Source of the DNA: Acidimicrobiia bacterium
Lineage (GTDB): Bacteria > Actinomycetota > Acidimicrobiia > Acidimicrobiales > JANYDT01
Length of the DNA: 64,000 bases
Assembly (NCBI GenBank): GCA_031383405.1
Contig: JANMZO010000266.1
Location: forward strand, 262 to 64,261
Direction of reading: 5' to 3'
Shown here: positions 19,061-26,868 of the stretch, piece after piece
Layout of the letters: each line of letters starts with the position of its first letter
Numbering within the stretch: position 1 is the stretch's first letter
The notes under the pieces: generated by a model
Database searches by the model: none
Told to the model about the DNA's origin: nothing
Seen by the model: only the letters and a program-made list of their open reading frames with translations
Made by a program: the position numbers and the translations under genes

Positions 19061-20682
19061 CACAGTCGGCCGCCACGCAACCTGATTCTCCGGTGGACGC
19101 GACGGATGGACCGGTGGCCCGATCGACGGTGGTCACCAACCGCTACCGCGACTCCGTCGCACTGATGCGGATGGCTGCCGCGGCGGCGGAAATCGGCGGG
19201 GTACAGTCGGTCGCCGTCGTAATGGCGACGGAGGCCAACCTGCTCGACGCGGCGACGAAGGGTTTCGCCGTCGACTCCGACTCGTTAGGTGTCACCCCAA
19301 CGGCCAACGACGTGTTCATCGGCGTCATTGGCGAGGACCGTGCTTGCGCACTGGCCCTTGCGGTCGTCAGCGAGGACCTGGCCGGCAGCCGGGCATCGAC
19401 ACCGGCGGCGGGAACCTCCGGCGGTTCGCAAACAGAGGCCGCCGCGTCCATCTCTTCGGCATTTCAGCGGGCCGGAGGTTCAGCTGAAGCTCACTCGTCG
19501 CTCGACGGGGGGCTGGTCTCGGTTGCGGTGATCTCGGTGCCGGCGGCCTTTGCGGCGTCCGAGGCGCGTAAGGCGTTGGCTCTCGGTATGCACGTGATGC
19601 TGTTCAGCGACAACGTCGGCCTCGACGATGAGTGCGACCTGAAGCAACTGGCCGCGCAGCGGGGCCTGCTGCTCATGGGCCCCGACTGCGGCACAGCAAT
19701 GATCAACGGTGTGCCTCTCGGCTTTGCGAATGTGGTGCGGCGAGGGTCGGTAACGGTAATCGGCGCGTCTGGTACAGGCATGCAGGAGGTCATGGCCCAC
19801 CTCCATCGCCTGGGGTCAGGTGTCCGGCAGGCGATCGGTTGCGGCGGCCGGGACCTTCATCTGCGGGTTGGCGGTTCCACGATGATTCAGGCACTGCGTC
19901 TTGCTCAGGCTGACGGGGACGTCGAGGCGGTGGTTCTTGTTTCCAAGCCACCCGATCCTGCGGTCCTGAGGGCCGTAGCGGAAGCCGCCCGGCCCCTGAT
20001 CGCACGCGGCGTACCGGTTATCCTGTCGGCGACGGGTCTGCATAGCGGTGATCTGGCCGAAACCGGCCTCCACGTGGCTGACAGCCTTGACGACGCGGCC
20101 CGGATAGCGTCTCGCCTGGCATCTGCGGCTCCGGGTGGTTCGCTCGCAACGACGACCACGAGCGTGCCGCTCACGACCGCAGGTGCTCCGTTCGTGCTAC
20201 CCGGACGGGGTGAGACCAGTGTCGTGGGTGCGTTTTCGGGAGGAACCCTCAAGACCGAGTTCACCCACCTTCTTCGCGACCTTCCCGCGAACGTAAGCGT
20301 GCATGCGGTCGACTTCGGCGACGACGAATACACGAAGGGCCGACCCCATCCAATGATCGACCCGGGCGTTCGGGACCGTGAGGTCATCCGGGCAATGAGT
20401 GATCCGGCGGTGGCCGTGGTCCACTTCGATGTGGTCCTCGGCTTTGGCGCGGCATCTGATCCGATCGGTGGACTTCTCTCTCAGCTGGCCGTGATGCCTG
20501 CGAGCCGGTCGACGCTGCTATGCGCGCATGTTTTGGGAACGGAGTTGGATCCCCAGGGCCGTGACGGGATTGTCCGCCGCCTGACCGACGCAGGGGTGAA
20601 CGTCTTCGACACGAACGCGCAGGCTGCGAACTTCATCCGGTCGGCCGTCACGGGTCCCGAACGGGAAGGGCATGGGTCATGA
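19057..20682 (+). CDS. fdrA: FdrA family protein (succinyl-CoA synthetase alpha-like; E. coli FdrA/AllF-like)
   Basis: RDSVALMR, MLFSDNV, LLLMGPDCGTAMINGVPLGFANV, VIGASGTGMQE, GRPHPMIDP and VLGFGAASDP blocks match E. coli FdrA as I recall it. ATGA overlap with the upstream gene. Confidence 0.85.
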   Translation: MTQSAATQPDSPVDATDGPVARSTVVTNRYRDSVALMRMAAAAAEIGGVQSVAVVMATEANLLDAATKGFAVDSDSLGVTPTANDVFIGVIGEDRACALALAVVSEDLAGSRASTPAAGTSGGSQTEAAASISSAFQRAGGSAEAHSSLDGGLVSVAVISVPAAFAASEARKALALGMHVMLFSDNVGLDDECDLKQLAAQRGLLLMGPDCGTAMINGVPLGFANVVRRGSVTVIGASGTGMQEVMAHLHRLGSGVRQAIGCGGRDLHLRVGGSTMIQALRLAQADGDVEAVVLVSKPPDPAVLRAVAEAARPLIARGVPVILSATGLHSGDLAETGLHVADSLDDAARIASRLASAAPGGSLATTTTSVPLTTAGAPFVLPGRGETSVVGAFSGGTLKTEFTHLLRDLPANVSVHAVDFGDDEYTKGRPHPMIDPGVRDREVIRAMSDPAVAVVHFDVVLGFGAASDPIGGLLSQLAVMPASRSTLLCAHVLGTELDPQGRDGIVRRLTDAGVNVFDTNAQAANFIRSAVTGPEREGHGS

Positions 20683-22103
20683 TGGCCCCGGACGTACCTG
20701 TCGTGCGCGTGTTCAACGTCGGCGTCGAGGAGTTCTGTCGGGGCCCGGAGTCGGTGGGCGCCGAGGTTCATCAGATCGACTGGCGTCCCCCGGTCGATGG
20801 CGACCCGGAGACATCGGAAGTGTGCTCGCATCTACTGGCCGATCCACGGGTCGATGAAGCCAACCGCGAGGCGACTTCCCGATTCCTGGCCGTCGATCCG
20901 GTGGCGATCGATGTACAGAAGGCAGCTCAAGCGATCGCCGGCCTGGGCACCGGGCGGCCCACTCTGTTGCACGCGGGTCCGCCGATCGTGTGGGAGTCCA
21001 TGTGCGGACCGATGAGGGGTGCGCTCATAGGTGCGGTCCTGTTCGAGGGATGGGCATCCTCGGTCGACTCGGCTGTCGAGCTTCTCGGGAACGGTGGAGT
21101 CGTCCTCGAACCGTGCCATCATCACGGCGCGGTCGGCCCGATGTCGGGTGTGATCAGTCCTTCGATGCCGGTGTGGGTAATCGAGGATCCCGCCTCGGGT
21201 CGTCGGTCGTTCAGCAATCTCAACGAGGGCCTGGGCAAGGTGCTGCGATTCGGAGCGTTCGAACCGGCGGTGCTCGAACGGTTGCGGTGGATGGGCTCGG
21301 AACTGGCGTCGGTCCTCAGCGCCGCGATCCGTTCTCTCGGAGGCATCGCGCTTCGACCCGTGATGGCCCAGGCTCTCCACATGGGTGACGAGGTCCACAA
21401 CCGCAACTCGGCCGCAACCGGGCAATTCCTCAAACGCCTGGCCGCTCCGATCGCGCAGACCGACTTCCCAGGCGAAGCGATTGCCCGGGTGCTCCAATTC
21501 ATCGGGGGTAACGACCACTTCTTCCTCAACCTCTCGATGGCGGTCTGCAAGCTGCAACTCGATGCCGCCTCGGGCGTGGCGCACTCGACGATCGTCACGG
21601 CTATGGCCCGCAACGGCGTGAACTTCGGCATCCGGGTGAGCGGGACGGGCGACACCTGGTTCGAGGCGCCAGCGTCGATGATCAACGGTCTGTACTTCGC
21701 CGGCTTCGGACCCGACGACGCGAATCCCGACCTTGGTGACAGCGCGATCACCGAGACGGCGGGGCTCGGAGGGTTCGCGATGGCGGCCGCGCCGGCGATT
21801 GTCGGGTTCGTAGGCGGCACCGCGGCCGACGCGTTGGCCTACACGGTCCGCATGCGCGAGATCTGCGTGGCGGAAAACCCGGTTTTCACGATCCCGTCGC
21901 TCGGCTTCCGAAACACCGGTCTTGGAATCGACGTACGGCTTGTCATCGACACGGCGATCCTCCCGGTGATCAACACCGGCATCGCCCACCGCGAGGCCGG
22001 AATCGGTCAGATCGGCGCGGGCATCACGACCGCTCCCTTCGCCTGCTTTGCCGGAGCAGCGAAAGCGCTGGCCCGGGTGTCTCAGCCCGCTCCGGTTACT
22101 TAG
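20679..22103 (+). CDS. DUF1116 family protein (E. coli YlbE/AllG-like)
   Basis: LLHAGPP..W..MCGPMRGA..GA.LFEGWA, NLNEGLGKVLRFGA, GDSAITET.GLGGFAMAAAP and INTGIAHREAGIGQIGAG blocks match YlbE as I recall it. ATGA overlap with fdrA. Confidence 0.85.
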   Translation: MMAPDVPVVRVFNVGVEEFCRGPESVGAEVHQIDWRPPVDGDPETSEVCSHLLADPRVDEANREATSRFLAVDPVAIDVQKAAQAIAGLGTGRPTLLHAGPPIVWESMCGPMRGALIGAVLFEGWASSVDSAVELLGNGGVVLEPCHHHGAVGPMSGVISPSMPVWVIEDPASGRRSFSNLNEGLGKVLRFGAFEPAVLERLRWMGSELASVLSAAIRSLGGIALRPVMAQALHMGDEVHNRNSAATGQFLKRLAAPIAQTDFPGEAIARVLQFIGGNDHFFLNLSMAVCKLQLDAASGVAHSTIVTAMARNGVNFGIRVSGTGDTWFEAPASMINGLYFAGFGPDDANPDLGDSAITETAGLGGFAMAAAPAIVGFVGGTAADALAYTVRMREICVAENPVFTIPSLGFRNTGLGIDVRLVIDTAILPVINTGIAHREAGIGQIGAGITTAPFACFAGAAKALARVSQPAPVT

Positions 22104-22174
22104 CCCGATCTGCGTGCCCGTTCGAGAAACGACGACGTAAACGGGCGAGGGGGCTGCGAGGTACCCTGACGTTC

Positions 22175-23077
22175 ATGCAGAAACGTGCCTTGGGGAAAAC
22201 CGGGATCGACGTCGGCGAGATCGCCTTCGGATGTTGGCGTTTTGGTGGTGTCGATGTCGCCACCGCGCAGGAGCGGATCGAAACGGCTCTCGAAACTGGA
22301 ATGACGCTGGTCGACACAGCCGATGTCTACGGCCTCGACAACAACTGCCCCTGGGGCGGGGCCGAAGCGCTGCTGGGCGACGTGTTTGCTGCTGCACCGG
22401 CGTTGCGGGATCAGATCGTGTTGGCCACGAAAGGCGGCATCCACCTCGGTCCGGACCACCAGGGCCGCGAAGGTCTCGGGGTGCCCTACGAGACTTCGCC
22501 CGACTGGATCACCCACGCTTGCGAGGAGTCGCTGCGTCGTCTGAAGGTGGATGTGATCGATCTTTACCAGATCCACCGGCCCGACTTCCTCGAGCATCCG
22601 GCGTCGACTGCGAGAGCGTTGAGCGGCCTCGTCGCTTCCGGAAAGGTGAAGCACGTCGGGGTGAGCAATTACACGGCGTCGCAGGTGTCGGCGTTGCGGG
22701 CCCATCTCGATGTGCCGCTCCAGACGGTCCAGCCTGAGTTTTCCGTGAGCCGACTCGACTCGATTGACGATGGTGTGCTCGACCAGGCCATGGAACTGGG
22801 CCTCACGCCGCTTGCCTGGAGCCCGCTCGGTGGCGGCAGTGTCTTGTCGGCGGCCGGCGCGCTCGGGGCGCAACTGGATTTGTTGGCAAGCGCGCATAGC
22901 ACATCCCGAACCGGCGTTGCGTTGGCGTTCGTGCTCGCCCACCCGGCCCGAATCATCCCGATCATCGGAACGGGCAGACCCGACCGCATCCGGGAAGCGG
23001 CCGAAGCGGCCGACATCACGCTCACGAAGGCAGAGTGCTATTCGCTCATCGCCGCATCTGGAAGGAAGCTCCCCTGA
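22175..23077 (+). CDS. aldo/keto reductase
   Basis: LGKTGIDVGEIAFGCWRFG, DTADVYG, LYQIHRPD and VGVSNY motifs. Confidence 0.85.
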   Translation: MQKRALGKTGIDVGEIAFGCWRFGGVDVATAQERIETALETGMTLVDTADVYGLDNNCPWGGAEALLGDVFAAAPALRDQIVLATKGGIHLGPDHQGREGLGVPYETSPDWITHACEESLRRLKVDVIDLYQIHRPDFLEHPASTARALSGLVASGKVKHVGVSNYTASQVSALRAHLDVPLQTVQPEFSVSRLDSIDDGVLDQAMELGLTPLAWSPLGGGSVLSAAGALGAQLDLLASAHSTSRTGVALAFVLAHPARIIPIIGTGRPDRIREAAEAADITLTKAECYSLIAASGRKLP

Positions 23078-24141
23078 TGGAAATCGCCTGGTTCTCCGCG
23101 CTTTGTGACGACGACTACGAGTTCCTAGGTGTCCCCGACGCGTCGTTGCGTAGTTCGTGGGAGCACTGCTCCGACATTGTGAAACGGGCCGAAGCGAACG
23201 GCTTCGACAACGTTCTGCTCCCTTCAGGTTACGAGCTCGGCATTGACTCCACGGCGTTTGCGGCCGGTATTGCGACGCAGACATCTCGTATCAATCTTCT
23301 TCTCGCCGTCCGATGTGCCGAGATGTGGCCGCCACAGTTGGCGCGTCAGATCGGTTCGATCGACCGCATGGCGAAAGGTCGCCTGCTCGTCAACATCATC
23401 TCAAGTGATCTTCCCGGCTCGGTTGTCGCAAGTGGCCCCCGATATCGCCGCAGCACCGAGGTCATGCAGATCGTACGCTCGTTGCTGAACGGCGAAGCGG
23501 TCGACTTCGAGGGTGAGTTCTATCAGCTCAAGGTGTCAGTACCAAGCGCGCATACGGTTTCTGGAACATGTCCGCCGTTCTACTTCGGGGGTCTGTCCGA
23601 CGATGCTCGTGAGTGCGCAGCGGCCGCGGCCGACGTGTACCTCATGTGGCCCGACACGATTTCCGCCGTCACATCGATCATGGATGACATGAAGGGGCGG
23701 GCCGCGGAAAAGAACCGCACCCTGCGCTTCGGTTACCGGGTGCACGTGATCGTGCGGGAGACCGAGTCAAAGGCGCGCGACGCGGCCGACCGTCTGCTGT
23801 CCAAGCTCGATGCCCAGGTGGGCGACGCAATCCGGGCCAAGTCGCTCGACTCCCAGTCGGCTGGCGTCCGGCGCCAGGCCGAGCTGCGGGAGTCGGCCGC
23901 CGCAGGTGACGGCTACGTGGAAGAGAACCTCTGGACCGGCATCGGCCGGGCCAGGTCGGGTTGCGGCGCGGCGATCGTGGGCGACCCCGACCAGGTTCTG
24001 GCTAAGCTCAGGATGTACGAATCCCTGGGCATCGAAGCGGTCATCCTGAGCGGCTACCCGCACGCCGACGAGTGCGACCTTTTCGCCCGATACGTGCTTC
24101 CGCGTCTCGATCACGCTCCGATCCATCTTGCTGCCGGGTGA
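23077..24141 (+). CDS. LLM-class FMNH2-dependent monooxygenase, SsuD (alkanesulfonate monooxygenase)-like
   Basis: Blocks parallel to E. coli SsuD: FYFGGLSDDA, FGYRVHVIVRETESKA, NLWTGIGRARSGCGAAIVGD, VILSGYPH. ATG 23077 overlaps the AKR stop (TGATG). Confidence 0.82.
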   Translation: MEIAWFSALCDDDYEFLGVPDASLRSSWEHCSDIVKRAEANGFDNVLLPSGYELGIDSTAFAAGIATQTSRINLLLAVRCAEMWPPQLARQIGSIDRMAKGRLLVNIISSDLPGSVVASGPRYRRSTEVMQIVRSLLNGEAVDFEGEFYQLKVSVPSAHTVSGTCPPFYFGGLSDDARECAAAAADVYLMWPDTISAVTSIMDDMKGRAAEKNRTLRFGYRVHVIVRETESKARDAADRLLSKLDAQVGDAIRAKSLDSQSAGVRRQAELRESAAAGDGYVEENLWTGIGRARSGCGAAIVGDPDQVLAKLRMYESLGIEAVILSGYPHADECDLFARYVLPRLDHAPIHLAAG

Positions 24142-24158
24142 GCCCGACGGAGTGAGAC

Positions 24159-24689
24159 CTATATCGCCGCGAAGGCGTCGGTGACCCACTTCCAGTGCAT
24201 ACGGCCGTGGCCGGCATTGGCCGCAAGCACGCCACCTACGGTGCCATCGGCCCACGGCGCGCCCGGAAGCGTCTCGTTGAGTTGTGCCTCCGTCAGCTCG
24301 GAAAGAAGAGTCAGCGTCACCGCCCGCGACGCCTGACCGAGGGCGACAACATCGTCAAACGACTTTCCCATGTGCTTGTGCTGCCATTCGTCGGTCATGG
24401 CGTGCACTGAGGCCATTATTTCGGGCATCGTGCGTGGGTTGCCCGCATCGTCGTTACGCAGCCCAACCGGGTTGGCGTGACCGGCGACATGGCGTCGGAC
24501 CATCGCCGCGAAGTTGTGCTCGATCAACGACAGGTGGGCCAGATGGTCGAGTGCCGTCCACATGTTCGACGGATCGTGTTCGCTCGGTGTCAGCCCGGTT
24601 TGCAGCTGTTCCTCGGTCAGCCCCCGGTACTCGTTGAGCAACCAGACCCGGCCCTCATGAAGTTCAATCTCAATGTCAGTTCGTCGCAT
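24159..24689 (-). CDS. DinB family (DinB_2-like) protein
   Basis: 176 aa helical bundle with His-rich motifs (LDHLAHLSLIEHNF, AGHGRMHW). Confidence 0.65.
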   Translation of the reverse strand: MRRTDIEIELHEGRVWLLNEYRGLTEEQLQTGLTPSEHDPSNMWTALDHLAHLSLIEHNFAAMVRRHVAGHANPVGLRNDDAGNPRTMPEIMASVHAMTDEWQHKHMGKSFDDVVALGQASRAVTLTLLSELTEAQLNETLPGAPWADGTVGGVLAANAGHGRMHWKWVTDAFAAI

Positions 24690-24754
24690 TGGTCCGGTCT
24701 ACTCGGCCCGTGCGTTGATGTCCATCCGGCCCTTCTGCTTCTATGCACGGTTTA

Positions 24755-24794
24755 TGTCCACGCTTTGACATGCATCCAGTGCAAAGCGTGGACA
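24755..24794. promoter_or_regulatory. perfect 13-bp inverted repeat (tgtccacgctttg N14 caaagcgtggaca)
   Basis: Read directly. Lies between the stop of the serine hydrolase gene and the start of the DinB gene (both minus strand). Could be an operator or a terminator, and has no T-tract. Confidence 0.6.
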
Positions 24795-24812
24795 CAAACG
24801 CCCTCGTTTCGA

Positions 24813-25931
24813 TCATTCAGTGCTAACCGCGGCGAGGCTTCCTATGGCGCTGCCGCGGCGCGGTTCACGAACGACGTTGAGGTCGACGCCGTTCGTGCAG
24901 TATCCGAGGGAGAGGCCGGTGGCCGGATCGGCCCAGGCCAGTTGGCCGGCGGCGCCGTTGTGACCGAACGCTCCGGGCGAGACGGTGCGACCCATGCCAC
25001 GGAGATGTGACTTGCCGTCGCTCCCGGCCAACACCAGGCCGAGGCTGCGGTTTGCCGGAACACCGGTGAGGCGGTCGGGGAGCGTGTTGCGCACCACACT
25101 CGTGACGTTGGCGCGCACGGCCGGGTCCCAGATCGTACCGTCGTCGTGGAGAAGCCGCTGATAATAGAGGGCGAGATCACATGCGCGCATACAACCTCCG
25201 CCGCCCGGCACGCCGACGGTACGGGCCTTCGGATCATTGAAGCCGAGTAGCGCGGCAGGCGTTACTTCGGTAACGGGGAGCGAGTCGACACCGAACGCCG
25301 AACGGATCTCCTCCGTCGTCGCCGCGTCGCCGACAGTAACCAGTTCGGCAATGTTCGTCTGCTGGTCGAGCGGAATCGCAAGGAGGCGGGGAAGTCCGGC
25401 CGGGGTGGTGACGCGGTCCTGCACGACGTTGCGGAAATCGAGCCCGGTCACGCGCTCGATGATCTCGGCAAGTACCCAGTGCGCGCTGGTTGCGTGGTAT
25501 TCGAACGAGGTTCCCGGCTCCCAGTTCAGCCGCCACTGGGCGAAGCGGGCCGTACGACCCGCCGACGTTGCTCCGACCGGTATCGGCATTGGCGCGTGGG
25601 GGAAGCCCGACGTGTGAAGCATGACCTGCTCGACGGTGATTTTGTCCTTTCCGTTCGTGCCGAACTCTGGGACGTAGTGGATAACCGGAAGGCTGACGTC
25701 GATCAGCCCGTCACCGATCAGCGCCCATACCGCACCGGCGACGAACGCCTTGGTGCACGAGAACACCGAATAGCGCGTCTCGAGGTTCGCGTCGCCGAAC
25801 GCCTCGAACGCGACCAACTCGCCGTTGAACGCGAGTGCAACCTGGGCGGACGGAAGAAGACCTTCGTCGACTTCCTTTCGGGCTCGGGCGATGAGTGCGG
25901 CAACGGCAGCGGAATCAATCGATGTGCTCAT
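24813..25931 (-). CDS. serine hydrolase (beta-lactamase / esterase class C-like family)
   Basis: S-x-x-K motif (FSCTKAF). 372 aa, family-typical length. Confidence 0.78.
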   Translation of the reverse strand: MSTSIDSAAVAALIARARKEVDEGLLPSAQVALAFNGELVAFEAFGDANLETRYSVFSCTKAFVAGAVWALIGDGLIDVSLPVIHYVPEFGTNGKDKITVEQVMLHTSGFPHAPMPIPVGATSAGRTARFAQWRLNWEPGTSFEYHATSAHWVLAEIIERVTGLDFRNVVQDRVTTPAGLPRLLAIPLDQQTNIAELVTVGDAATTEEIRSAFGVDSLPVTEVTPAALLGFNDPKARTVGVPGGGGCMRACDLALYYQRLLHDDGTIWDPAVRANVTSVVRNTLPDRLTGVPANRSLGLVLAGSDGKSHLRGMGRTVSPGAFGHNGAAGQLAWADPATGLSLGYCTNGVDLNVVREPRRGSAIGSLAAVSTE

Positions 25932-26180
25932 TGCGCCACCATATGCCCTGCACGAGTCCAGATTCCCAATCGCAGGGTCGCGGTCCGATCGGGTGGGATT
26001 TCTTCGGCCCAGCCCAGGAAGTCCCGCCCAGTCACCCGGAGACCCTTCGGGATCGGAACTCCACCGGGGCTGCTAACCTTGCAGGGTTCCCTTGGACAGC
26101 TTCGGGGGTTTCTGCGCGTAAGGCGCCGTAGCCGAGGCTTGCCAAACGGTGTCACCTAGATAAAGAGAGACTGTACTTCC

Positions 26181-26438
26181 ATGCCTGATAAGGCCAAAAC
26201 CATTACTGAACACCGTCTGCACGAGACCGATACCGGTTCTCCTGAAGTGCAGATAGCCATCCTCACGGAGCGCATCAACCACCTAAACGACCACTTGAAG
26301 ATGCACAAAGGCGATCATCACACCCGCCGCGGCCTTCTACAGATGGTCGGGCGCCGTCGTCGACTCCTCGACTACGTGCGCAACACCGACGTCGAACGCT
26401 ACCGCGGCCTTTTGGCCAAGCACGGCCTGCGTCGATAA
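26181..26438 (+). CDS. rpsO: 30S ribosomal protein S15
   Basis: 85 aa. [47 protein letters not shown] is canonical S15. Confidence 0.95.
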   Translation: MPDKAKTITEHRLHETDTGSPEVQIAILTERINHLNDHLKMHKGDHHTRRGLLQMVGRRRRLLDYVRNTDVERYRGLLAKHGLRR

Positions 26439-26449
26439 CCAGGGTTTGA

Positions 26450-26477
26450 CCGAAGCGGCCTCCTTGGGCCGCTTCGG
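26450..26477 (+). terminator. rpsO 3' stem-loop (ccgaagcggcc tccttg ggccgcttcgg)
   Basis: Perfect 11-bp stem 12 nt after the rpsO stop, with a weak U-tract. Probably a partial terminator or processing hairpin. Confidence 0.55.
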
Positions 26478-26868
26478 TGCATTCTGGGCCCGTTCTTCGG
26501 GTGTGGAATGTAACGTTCGGCACTGCAAACCAGCAGGTAACGCCGGATTGCGGCCCGGTTTGGGCCGGGTCCACCGCTAGTGCGGCGGATCGAACCAGAC
26601 TACGAACGTCGCTCAACGCGACGAAGCAGACCCAGTACACCGGGGCCTTCCACGGGCGGTCAGCTGCCAGTTGTGGACCACTCGCCAGATCAGCTGCCCA
26701 GAGCGGTTGATGAGGCGGGTGCTCGACAACTGGGAACTGACCAGGGCGGGCTCCAACTGCACGAACCTCCCAGACCGGATCGATTTCGGTTCCGGTCGGG
26801 TCCGAAACGTTCGGCGTGCAGCAAACCATCTGCGTCTCACGAAGAGACGCAGCAGAAGGAGTATCCCC
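26478..26868 (+). promoter_or_regulatory. long structured pnp 5' leader
   Basis: About 390 nt with no credible ORF. Has several GC hairpins, including tgcgtctc acgaa gagacgca (26831-26851) immediately 5' of GAAGGAG and ATG 26869. The analogy to the E. coli RNase III/PNPase autoregulated leader is inference. Confidence 0.4.

Noticed and set aside
3620-26180. Classical mobile genomic island or prophage.
   Set aside because: I found no integrase, transposase, recombinase, tRNA/tmRNA target, phage structural genes or flanking direct repeats. The block is reported only as a synteny break.
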